From NCBI GenBank assembly GCA_964016885.1, contig CAXHJY010001047.1, positions 1 to 47,889 on the forward strand: 47,889 bases of DNA, in the 5' to 3' direction. The notes beneath the pieces were generated by a model. That model did not search any database, was not told the DNA's origin, and saw only the letters and a list, made by a program, of their open reading frames with translations. This DNA comes from Eledone cirrhosa (Eukaryota). Positions 33,019-46,819 of the stretch are shown one piece after another. Each line of letters begins with the position of its first letter. Position 1 is the stretch's first letter. The translations under genes and the position numbers were made by a program.

Positions 33019-35282
33019 CTTTAAAACCTTTAAAAGCCCCCCTCATAACGCTCTACTTAACTCCTTCGAAAATGACCTAGTTAAACTAGTTAAGAACATT
33101 AAATACAATAAGCACCATATTAGAAGCAACACCTTCTTAAACAAACTTAACACTTCTATTAATGGATTCAAAACTAGTAATAAAATTATTGTACACGCAG
33201 ATAAAACTAATAACATATACAGCATAGATTATAATACTTATAGAAAGTTTATATATAATGAACTACATAAAAGCTACAAAAAAACCACCTTGAAAAACTT
33301 AGAAGATATTAATGTAGAGGGTTATAATATAGTGTCTAAACTAGGACTGCAGAGGCATACACAACCTTTCACTCCGAACCCCCCTAGATTCTCTCTGAAG
33401 GACCATAAGGAGAACTTCATCAGCAACCCCACGATAAGATTTATCTGCCCTTCCAAGTCCGACATTGGTATTATCAGCAAGAAGATTTTGGATAAAATCA
33501 TCCCACAAATTAAACACAAGATACACCTTAAACAATGGGGAAATACGGGTGAAGTGATTGAATGGTTCAAGGATATCAAGAATAATAAGAACAAAAAATT
33601 TATTCAATTTGGTATCAATTCATACTACACCTCTATTTCCCCTATCCTATTAAATAAGGCACTTATCATGGCCATGAGCAATAGCGACCTGACTAGAGCC
33701 CAGGTTGATGTCATCCTTGCGGCCCGTAAAACCATAATCACCTTCGAGGACCAACTATGGACACGCAAGAATACGCACAACAACTTCGACATAACCATGG
33801 GATCTAGTGACTCGGCGCAGGTCACTGATTTGGTCGGCCTATACCTCCTTAATGAAATCCATAAGGACCTCCCTTACTTCAACGGGGTTTGTACCGCGAT
33901 GATGCACTTCTACTTATAGAATATAAAAAATTTAATATAGAAAGAACTAGAAAACAATTGCATAAGACATTCAAAAACTTTAACCTTAGTATCACCATGG
34001 ACAAAAACACTAAAAATGTTAACTTCCTAGACGCCACACTATACCTAGACTCAAAAATATATACACCTTTCCATAAGCCTAACGAGAAACTTATTTACGT
34101 AGATACCAAGTCTAATCACCCTAGATCAATATTAAACTCTACCTCTAAGGGGGTGTCCAATAGAATCTCTAGTCTGTCCTATGACGCAAACATATTTAGC
34201 AAAAACTCACAATATTACAATCAAGCATTAGCTAGCTCCGGCCATAATATAGAAATTGAGTTCCTACCTAAGAAAACACATAGCTACAACATCATCTCGC
34301 ACAACATGTCCATGAGGAAACCTAATAATAGGAATAGCAACCACAAGTACACCAAAGCGGAGGGTGCCACCGGAAGTAACCATTACCATGGAAACTACTG
34401 TGGGGCCTTAGGAGGAAGCAACATACCAAACACTAAAAGCAAAAATAGAAGAAGAAATAATACATTTTTCAACCCTCCTTTCAACCTAAATGTCTCCACC
34501 AGCATACATAGGGCTTTCTTCTCACTACTAGATAAAAACTTCCCTCTAGGACACAAGTACCACAAACTCTTAAACAAAAACACCATTAAAATCTCATACT
34601 CTACGACGCCTAACTTAGCATACCACATAGCTAGCAGCAATAATAGTAAAATTAGTTCTTACTTCCAACAAACAAAATCACAACGGGATGCAAACCCTCT
34701 AAATACCACTGTAGCAAGCAACCATAGCAACGGCAGTAACAATAGAAATAACACTAGTATAAGTAATAACACCAGGGTTGTCAACCCGAACGCCCAAAAT
34801 CCTATAGCTACCACACAGACTTCCGCACTGCATTATAACCAGCGGACTAACGCACAGGATAATTGTAACAGTAGAGCTGCCCTTTAGATAAAAAATGCCT
34901 AACCAAGGATATCATATACTCATGCACCGTCACGATTAACAACTCTTCAGAAACCTATGTAGGCTCCACTTCTAACTGCTTCAAAATCAGATATAATTCG
35001 CACATCCACTCGTTCAAAAAGCACAGCCTAGCAAACTCCACCTCACTTTCTAGCTACATACACTATCTAAAATCTAAAAATAAACCATACACACTCAAAT
35101 GGGAAGTGATAGGCAGCGCGACCTCGTACAAACCACCTAATAAATTTTGTAACCTCTGTATAGTAGAGACACACAATATTATCTTCTCCAACCGTAACCT
35201 ACTTAACAAAAAATCTGAGGTGTTTGCAACTTGCCAGCACCGCTTCAGACATTCCTTCCAAAACTTTAAGCCCAGTATATAG
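33017..35282 (+). pseudogene. PLE reverse transcriptase + GIY-YIG endonuclease, N-truncated, frameshifts near 33886 and 34875
   Basis: HADKTNN, RFICPSKS, FIQF(G)INSYYTSI, FDITMGSSDSAQV, LYRDD, NFLDATL; then CPLDKKCLTKDIIYSC..TYVGST..FKIRYNSH..CNLCIVE..LLNKKSE..CQH, stop 35280-35282 (hand translated). Confidence 0.92.
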
Positions 35283-36705
35283 CAATGTCGGACTGGAACC
35301 TAACACCACATCTAGCATCAAACACCAGAGACACACCTTATACTACATACCCAACACTAACTGATCTATTATAACACAAACAACGACACCCCTCTGGAAC
35401 CCTTCGCAGGGAGAATACCCATTTATACCTCTACGTCAGGTGTGACAACATCCACCCACTTGAACGGCACTACACCGCTCTAAGGGTAATTTGAGCATGA
35501 ATTGATCGGTTGGATAGTGTTGTGCAGAGGAAACACCTTCCTTAGACAGATGAAAAATGATTTAATCTAGTAACGCTGTTGAGCAGTAGGACCGGGCTGC
35601 TGAGCGCAGTGAGTGAATGCATTGCAACTGCCGTGCGGGTTGTACATATATGGATGATCTGACGGTCACAGGGGAGTCGCGAGGACTGCGGATCGACCTC
35701 TGGCCGGCCTGGGGATGATTATCTTTCGACATCCAATGTAGCAAGCGATGACCCAGATCTTACCAGAGATCATTGGGTCCTGAAGCAATCCTGCAATCAC
35801 CGCGCCTGGTCCTATGAGTAGACTACAACCACAGAGATCAATAATTTAGAATCCTCGCTCATCATCTATAATCTCCATTTGTGGCACCTTACGATGGGTT
35901 AATCCACCATAATAATATGATCACCTTCAGCATAACTTAATTAAACTACTCTATAGTTAATACACTTTATGCTTTAAAAATTTCTCTTGGAGGATGCGCA
36001 TCACCATAGAAATTAGGGTCTATATTGGGACACATTTTAATAGCTAGGTATAGAAACCCCAGAGTTACCTCCCCGCATGCATTAACTCCCCTTAGCCACA
36101 CACACACTTCCGGGTGGTATTCAATGGCGTTTCTCGAAACGTAACAGCCTCCTGTATTGAACTAATGAACACCAGACTACGATCTCTAACTGGATTGTCG
36201 TGGATTATGTAAATACACTCCCCTGACCATGAAAATGCCGAAGTACATGAAATACTTGACATTCCTTCGCTGTGCATCTCCAATACTTTTAACACTTTTA
36301 ATGCTTGCACTATTTTTAATGCTTATAATATTTCTCCACACACAGACTTCAATCATATAAAGAATATGCCACCAGATCTACCAACCTAACACTCTTGTTT
36401 ACCTACCTAAGTGCCTCTACCACACATATCTCTCTGCCACACTATATAAACAAGACGCACATGCGTGCCACACATATAACATTTGCACTATATAAGCGCT
36501 TATCTTCATGTTGTATTTTAACCTGTATTTTTGATTTTTGATTGTACCTCTTAATATAAATGTAATCTCGAAGTGTGTACTGCCACTCTAAATTCTGTAA
36601 TGAATGTTGACCCACAATGTTTGAATATGTATCAATGTTTGAATATGTATCGGTATGTCTCTCGGCTGAAAAGGAGGTCATATAACTGTCCATGCATTAA
36701 TAAAT

Positions 36706-36752
36706 TGCTCCGAAGAATCCAAACCTCGGTTTGGAGGAAACAGCTGTAAGCA
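36706..36752 (+). ncRNA. Type I hammerhead-like motif, CCGAAGA core variant
   Basis: TGCT-CCGAAGA-aTCCAAAC-ctcg-GTTTGGAg-GAAA-CAGCTG-TA-AGCA. Confidence 0.72.
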
Positions 36753-36956
36753 CAATAAAGTTTTGAACAGTTCTTTGATTCTTATATTTCATATAACTGC
36801 TCTGTAAATCATCTGATGTTTTTACATTGAGCTACTTAACTTACTGTTAATAAGGTAGTAATACATTACTGCCTACCACCATTTAGGGTTTATAAAAATA
36901 TATATAACTACAAAAGGTTTTTGTATTTGCATAACCATAAATAGTATACTTAATAC

Positions 36957-37031
<75 letters not shown>

Positions 37032-37173
37032 TTATATATATATTTATATATATATTTATATATTTATATATATATATATATTTATATATATATTTATATA
37101 TATATTTATATATATATATATATATTTATGTATATATATATTTATTTATATATATCTATATATTTATTTATAT

Positions 37174-37222
<49 letters not shown>

Positions 37223-37245
37223 TATAAATATATATATAGTTATAT

Positions 37246-38391
37246 ATCAATATAGTTATAAGAACACCCCCACTAGAGAGCACTAACAAGTTTGATTTAG
37301 AACGTAGCACGATGGAAAGCATCCAGCAGATAGCTAATTCCATACACCAGAGTATAACTGTAACTATAGACTTCCCTTCCAAACACCCTAACAATAGACT
37401 ACCTGTATTAGACACAGAACTCTGGATTAACACTATAGACGAGAGAGCCCAAATTCTCCACTCACACTATGCTAAACCCATGGCCTCCAAATACCTGATA
37501 CTCAAAAACTCAGCAATGTCCAGTAGTGCTAAGTTTAATATTCTGATCGCAGATTTGGTACGAGTGATGAAGAATGTGTCCAGCATGTGCGACCCAACAG
37601 AAATGGAAGGACACATCCAACACTTCATCAACCGCATGCAGTTCTCTGGCTACAACCAAAGAGACAGAGTCAGAGTATACGAAGGAGCCATGGAAAAGTA
37701 TAAGACCCTCATAGAACTGGACATGAAAGGAATTTGCCCACTATACAGGAGCAAATCATGGAATAGCTTAGATAGGGCTAGACATAAGATAGGGAAGGCC
37801 ACATCATGGTACGACAACCAGAGATATCAGAGTGTCATGTTTGTGGACGCCACCCCTGGAGGGAAATTAGCTAACTAGTGTAGAAAGGCCCTGAGAAAGA
37901 CCCACTTAAAAATAAAGGTGGTAGAAAAGCCAGGAACCACCATAAAATCCCTGATCAGCAAAACCTACCCTTTTAAGAAAACCCACTGTACCAATAGGAA
38001 ATGTATCATATGTAAGGTGAACCCCCGGATAAACTGTAAAACTAGAAACGTAGTCTATAGCATAAGATGTACAGAGGGTACTTGCAGAAACACGACAACA
38101 ACATACATAGGTGAGACAGCTCGTAGCATAGGTGAAAGGATAGACCAACACTGGGGGGAACTAAAAGGACGAAAAAACGGGTCAGTACTATACGAACATG
38201 CTAGACAACAACATGACGGTAACATAGACAACATAGAAATTAGAATAATATCTAAACATAGGAATGACCCAGCAGATAGGCAAATCAGAGAGGCCAGTGA
38301 AATAGAAATTAGAACACCAAAGCTAAACAGAAAGAATGAGTGGAACAACAACAACACCCAAACAAACAACACTGACCTAAGAGAAGTATAA
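37246..38391 (+). pseudogene. PLE RT thumb + GIY-YIG endonuclease with in-frame TAG at 37876-37878
   Basis: LPVLDTELW, HYAKPM, MQFSGY, FVDATPGG; same frame continues KVVEKPG..CTNRKCIIC..NVVYSIRC..TYIGETARS..ER..QH..RQIREA..LN. Confidence 0.9.
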
Positions 38392-38918
38392 ATAAATAAG
38401 TAAATTAAATTAAATAAATAAAATAAGATAAATAAATACATACACAAGCACATAAACACACACTAGTCACCCAGCAGACACAACACTATACACACTAGTC
38501 ACACATCACACATAACACTATACACACACGAAAACGCATGCGCAAAGAAGACAAAATAAAATAAGATAAACAAACAAGCAAATAAATAAATAAATATATA
38601 GACAGACTGAACAAAAAAAAATGGCGTAGACATACAACACAACAGGAGGAACAATGAATATAACACCACTGACGATGTTGCAGATGTGCAACGAAAGATT
38701 TATGTAAATTATGAAAACTATATATATATGTGTTTGTCTATATTGTATCTGTATTATTTTTGACCGCCGGTCAGTCAATGGCAACATTGAGGACCGAGTA
38801 AGTTAGATCGCAGATATATATATATAAAAGACAGCGAGAAGCGAAATCCAACCAAACAGTGAGTGTGTTCTGTTATTAATTCTGGCAATATTACGCAAAT
38901 ATGACCCTCCCCAAATAT

Positions 38919-38925
<7 letters not shown>
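37246..38925 (+). mobile_element. Penelope-like element (non-Naiad type, clade not assigned), 5'-truncated just after the RT YVDD motif
   Basis: RT thumb plus GIY-YIG plus ~530-nt 3' region between TA tracts. Confidence 0.88.
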
Positions 38926-39944
<1,019 letters not shown>

Positions 39945-40442
39945 TTCGATATGTGTATTTCCACATTCATTCGAATTGTTTTCGCGGATATAGGGGTCAT
40001 CTCCCTTGTCTAATGCCATGTGCGTTTTTCACCGCTAGTTGACTCCTTTGCCGCCAGGATAAAACTCGTTGACAACGTAAACTCCGTTCCACTTATTCTA
40101 GTAGGCTTTTATATTCATATGTGAGCTGATAGAGTACTGTCTAAGGATTTACAGAAACCCATGAAGCTAGATTTAACACCTTTCTAGTGGGTCCGGGTAT
40201 GATTTTACATTCATTTAAATTATTGACGTATTGTTTTATTGATATTTTTTATCTGTTTGGCCCGAATCTTCCTTTATCGATTTTAAATCGTATGGTTGAT
40301 TGTAGACTTGTTCTATATGTGACGGTATTTTAACGATAGTTATAGCTCTGATTCATCTGAATTATTGAGCCCTCTGCCGCTCATATCGAATTTCGTTTTT
40401 CGTGAACTCGTGCGCCGATTTTTCGATACTCGATCTTTCTAA

Positions 40443-41260
<818 letters not shown>

Positions 41261-41283
41261 AGCGGGGATGAATTAGTTTTGCG

Positions 41284-41342
41284 AAACAGTGAGTGTGTTC
41301 TGTTATTAATTCTGGCAATATTACGCAAATATGACCCTCCCC

Positions 41343-41343
<1 letters not shown>
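41284..41343 (+). repeat. Exact 60-bp copy of 38854-38913 (PLE 3' end fragment)
   Basis: AAACAGTGAGTGTG..ATGACCCTCCCCA at both sites. Confidence 0.92.
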
Positions 41344-41373
<30 letters not shown>

Positions 41374-41389
41374 TATATATTTTTATATA

Positions 41390-41447
<58 letters not shown>

Positions 41448-41482
41448 AATATATATATTTTTTATATATATATATATATATA

Positions 41483-41528
<46 letters not shown>

Positions 41529-41532
41529 TATA

Positions 41533-41574
<42 letters not shown>

Positions 41575-41586
41575 TATATATTTTTT

Positions 41587-41618
<32 letters not shown>

Positions 41619-41685
41619 TATATATATATATATATATTTTTTTTTATATATATATATATAAATATATATATTTTTTTATATATAT

Positions 41686-41716
<31 letters not shown>

Positions 41717-41779
41717 AATATATATATTTTTTTATATATCTATATATATAAATATATATATATATATAAATATATATAT

Positions 41780-41828
<49 letters not shown>

Positions 41829-41836
41829 AATATATA

Positions 41837-41882
<46 letters not shown>

Positions 41883-41888
41883 TATATA

Positions 41889-41928
<40 letters not shown>

Positions 41929-41934
41929 TATATA

Positions 41935-41970
<36 letters not shown>

Positions 41971-42096
41971 GTTATATTTAAAATTGTTGGGTTACAACTA
42001 GTAAATATTTATAACTGATATAAAAGCACTCGACAAATATTTGGAGTATATTTACAATATTAAATAAATGGAAAACTATATTTATAAAACCATATT

Positions 42097-42162
42097 TATT
42101 TCATTATATATATTTCGGGGATATCATATTAGCAATATGCTATGCCTTCATCAGACAAAATA
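42097..42162 (-). ncRNA. Type I hammerhead ribozyme
   Basis: Reverse complement of 45247-45312. Confidence 0.8.
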
Positions 42163-42513
42163 CAATATAAACAGTTTTATAGATAAATATATTCGACATT
42201 CCGTAATAAACATCGACTTCATTTGAAGAGGTTTACGCTAGCAGTGAAAATACAGAGAGAAAGAAAGAGAGAAAAAAAAAGGGAGAAAAAAAGAAAGAAA
42301 GACAAAACGAAGAAAAGGAAGAAAAAGAAGAAAAAGAAAAGAAGAAATGCATGGAACAAAATAGAGAGATGGAAAAATAGATAAAGCGAAGAGCTTCATG
42401 TAAAGAAACAGAAAGAGATATATATATATAGAGAGAGAGGAAATAGAGATATATATATATATAGAAAATTAGGTAGTGGGAGGTCATTTTGAGTAAGTGT
42501 ATCAATGATACAT

Positions 42514-42544
<31 letters not shown>

Positions 42545-43130
42545 GCTCAAGTATTAATGTAAGGGAGAGATATAGAGAGAGAAAAAAAAAATTTAAAAAT
42601 AGCCAGACATATTCGAGGCGTAGAAAACCCTATGTTTTAATGTATTAGTATTTATAAAACTTACACTATATTGTAAATATCAGTATTCCTGAATGAAACA
42701 AGTATCCATAATGTGTGAAAATTCATTATCTTATGTTTAGTTTTAAAAAATTCATATGTTTATGTGACAGCTACAAACATCAATGTGAATCCAACTGATT
42801 CACTCTGCAAACTCTATGTTACGGAAAACATTCTCAATGTGGTATAAAAATTTGAGCGTATTATTATTCTTGCGATTACTCTACAAGATTATCTATCAAG
42901 CAGAAATAGAGAGCAGATTTCAATATACCAATCAAAAATATATATTATATTATAAACAAAACTAAAAATAAAAAGATAATGATAATAATAAGTAAAAATA
43001 TAGAATAGAAAACTAAAAAATATATTACGAAAGAATATTACATAATAAAAATATTGCATATTAAAAATACTACGTATTAAAAATATTACGTATTAAAAAT
43101 TTACATATTAAAGATATTAAAAATATTAAA

Positions 43131-43161
<31 letters not shown>

Positions 43162-43536
43162 TAAACCACAAAGAACAACCCTTCAAAGTTAATTGACAAT
43201 ATATTGTCAAGTTCATTACAAGACAAAGCCAAAAATTATCTATCAAATCACATCTAGCAAAGAACATCTCAAAAAGATTATGATGTCCAATTATGTCTAC
43301 ATATGTTCCTATATTTAATATAGAAAGTTTATCTAGTGTAAGGTTAATTCAAAAAATTTGGAGCATCGGCTTTTAGGGTAGCTTAATTTTTCATGAGGAA
43401 TGTTTAGATAAAAATAAAAATAAAAATAAATAAAATAAAATAAACAATAAAAAGAGTAAAAAGAGGGAATCAAAGATTTAGGAATCAAAAAATTTATCGG
43501 CTAGTTCTCATATAAATATAAATCAAACTAAATATA

Positions 43537-43848
43537 CTACATTTTAAATTTAAATGTATATTTAAACGTTGAGTTTAATCTATGTTTGCAACAACTGAAT
43601 AAATTTGTCCGTAGGTTAAGGGAATTTTTAGATTTTAGTATAAAGAATATCTCCTCTGCGCAGAGGTCACATGTCTCAGAGGATGAATTAAAAGGAATCC
43701 CTCTTGAGACTATATTCCAAGCCGTCGAATATCTAACGTTATCTAGCTTAAGTTGCCAGAGTACGCCTGATAGTGCCGTTGAAGATTTTTTATTTGGATC
43801 TGTGAAATAATTCTTGTGGTTATTATAGCGAAGTTTAAATTCCGTCGA
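43537..43848 (-). pseudogene. C-terminal half of PLE GIY-YIG endonuclease (103 aa, no start, absent from ORF track)
   Basis: STEFKLRYNNHKNYF..TALSGVLWQLK..WNIV..CDLCAEE..LNLRTNLFSCCKHR; aligns with FKIRYNSH..CNLC..LLNKKSE..CQHR at ~34980-35250. Confidence 0.9.
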
Positions 43849-44140
43849 TTTATTTTTATTTTTATCTAAACATTCCTCATGAAAAATTAAGCTACCCTAA
43901 AAGCCGATGCTCCAAATTTTTTGAATTAACCTTACACTAGATAAACTTCTATATTAAATATAGGAACATATGTAGACATAATTGGACATCATAATCTTTT
44001 TGAGATGTTCTTTGCTAGATGTGATTTGATAGATAATTTTTGGCTTTGTCTTGTAATGAACTTGACAATATATTGTCAATTAACTTTGAAGGGTTGTTCT
44101 TTGTGGTTTATTTTTATTTTTATTTTTATTTTTATTTTTA

Positions 44141-44171
<31 letters not shown>

Positions 44172-44853
44172 TTTATTCTTTTAGTATTGTAGTATTCTAT
44201 AATATTTTTTATTTTTTATTTTTTATTTTTATTTTATTTTTAATATTTTTAATATCTTTAATATGTAAATTTTTAATACGTAATATTTTTTAATACGTAG
44301 TATTTTTAATATGCAATATTTTTATTATGTAATATTCTTTCGTAATATATTTTTTTAGTTTTCTATTCTATATTTTTACTTATTATTATCATTATTGTTA
44401 TCTTTTTATTTTTAGTTTTGTTTATAATATAATATATATTTTTGATTGGTATATTGAAATCTGCTCTCTATTTCTGCTTGATAGATAATCTTGTAGAGTG
44501 ATCGCAAGAATAATAATACGCTCAAATTTTTATACCACATTGAGAATGTTTTCCGGTAATTTAGAGTTTGCAGAGTGAATCAGTTGGATTCACATTGATG
44601 TTTGTAGCTGTCACATAAACATATGAATTTTTTAAAACTAAACATAAGATAATGAATTTTCACACATTATGGATACTTGTTTCATTCGGGAATACTGATA
44701 TTTACAATATAGTGTAAGTTTTATAAATACTAATACATTAAAACATAGGGTTTTCTACGCCTCGAATATGTCTGGCTATTTTTAAATTTTTTTTTTCTCT
44801 CTCTATATCTCTCTATATCTCTCTATATATCTCCCTTACATTAATACTTGAGC

Positions 44854-44884
<31 letters not shown>

Positions 44885-45246
44885 ATGTATCATTGATACA
44901 CTTACTCAAAATGACCTCCCACTACCTAATTTTCTATATATATATATGTATCTATCTCTATTTCCTCTCTCTCTATATATATATATCTCTTTCTGTTTCT
45001 TTACATGAAGCTCTTCGCTTTATCTATTTTTCCATCTCTCTATTTTGTTCCATGCATTTCTTCTTTTTCTTTTTCTTCTTTTTCTTCCTTTTCTTCGTTT
45101 TGTCTTTCTTTCTTTTTTCTCCCTTTTTTTTTCTTTTCTCTCTTTCTTTCTCTCTGTATTTTCACTGCTAGCGTAAACCTCTTCAAATGAAGTCGATGTT
45201 TATTACGGTATGTCGAATATATTCATCTATAAAACTGTTTATATTG

Positions 45247-45312
45247 TATTTTGTCTGATGAAGGCATAGCATATTGTTAATATGATATCCCCGAAATATA
45301 TATAATGAAATA
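45247..45312 (+). ncRNA. Type I hammerhead ribozyme (inverted arm)
   Basis: TATTTTGT-CTGATGA-aGGCATAG-CATATT..AATATG-ATATCCCc-GAAA-TATATA-TA-ATGAAATA; stem I has two G-U pairs. Confidence 0.8.
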
Positions 45313-45370
45313 AATATGGTTTTATAAATATAGTTTTCCATTTATTTAATATTGTATATATAAATATATA

Positions 45371-45426
<56 letters not shown>

Positions 45427-45436
45427 AATATATATA

Positions 45437-45502
<66 letters not shown>

Positions 45503-45576
45503 AATATATATATTTTTTTATATATATATATATATAAATATATATATATATAATATAATATATTTTTTTTATATAT

Positions 45577-45607
<31 letters not shown>

Positions 45608-45630
45608 AATATATATATTTTTTTATATAT

Positions 45631-45661
<31 letters not shown>

Positions 45662-45684
45662 AATATATATATTTTTTTATATAT

Positions 45685-45715
<31 letters not shown>

Positions 45716-45727
45716 AATATATATATT

Positions 45728-45766
<39 letters not shown>

Positions 45767-46006
45767 TATAGAGAAAATTGTGGTTGGTAATGGCACATGG
45801 AATATATAAGAGACAGAATACTTTTTTGTGAAAAAACATATAATTTTATAAGGTAAGGAAATAATAAAGGGTATATTATTTCCTTACCTTATAAAATTAT
45901 ATGTTTTTTCACAAAAAAGTATTCTGTCTCTTATATATTCCATGTGCCATTACCAACCCACAATTTTCTCTATAACCTTCGTTTTGTGTAGTAAATTACA
46001 CTTTTC
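45767..46006 (+). repeat. Fold-back element: ~100-bp arms, 7-nt loop, 32-nt tail
   Basis: 45767-45866 pairs with 45874-45974, loop AAGGGTA; TA flanks. Confidence 0.9.
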
Positions 46007-46042
46007 ATATATAAATATATATATATATATAAATATATATAT

Positions 46043-46085
<43 letters not shown>

Positions 46086-46118
46086 ATATATATATATATA
46101 AATATATATATTTTTATA

Positions 46119-46158
<40 letters not shown>

Positions 46159-46163
46159 AAATA

Positions 46164-46204
<41 letters not shown>

Positions 46205-46229
46205 TTATATATATATATATATGTATATT

Positions 46230-46266
<37 letters not shown>

Positions 46267-46269
46267 ATT

Positions 46270-46324
<55 letters not shown>

Positions 46325-46327
46325 ATT

Positions 46328-46382
<55 letters not shown>

Positions 46383-46385
46383 ATT

Positions 46386-46595
<210 letters not shown>

Positions 46596-46819
46596 TATAT
46601 ATATATATTTATATATATATATTTATATATATATATTTATATATATATATTTATATATATATATAATTATATATATATATTTATATATATATATTTATAT
46701 ATATATATTTATATATATATATTTATATATATATATATTTATATATATATATTTATATATATATATATTTATATATATATATTTATATATATATATAATT
46801 ATATATATATATATATATT

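Larger units (their letters stand above)
31675..36958 (+). mobile_element. Penelope-like element, Naiad-like, 5'-truncated with inverted pLTR copy
   Basis: RT plus C-terminal GIY-YIG; 1344-bp inverted arms; HHR near 3' end; ~160-nt tail; TA flanks. Clade assignment from remembered motifs (ADKT, FDITMGS, YRDD, FNPPF). Confidence 0.9.
41966..45356 (-). mobile_element. Second Naiad-like PLE family, truncated within the endonuclease, with ~1.4-kb inverted copy of its 3' region
   Basis: Arms ~42053-43424 and ~43849-45356; spacer encodes GIY-YIG C-half on minus strand; HHR in each arm; 87-nt tail 41966-42052. Confidence 0.88.

Noticed and set aside
31675-36795. TIR DNA transposon or LTR element
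   Set aside because: Internal ORF is PLE RT plus GIY-YIG, truncated by the left arm; no transposase or integrase; one-sided tail
37876-37878. Programmed readthrough or recoding at the in-frame stop
   Set aside because: Stop is TAG, not TGA; the related copy has AAA at the equivalent codon (GELAYKFRRAL) and its own stop elsewhere, so this is an ordinary nonsense mutation
43586-43810. 74-aa plus-strand ORF
   Set aside because: Shadow of the GIY-YIG remnant on the minus strand
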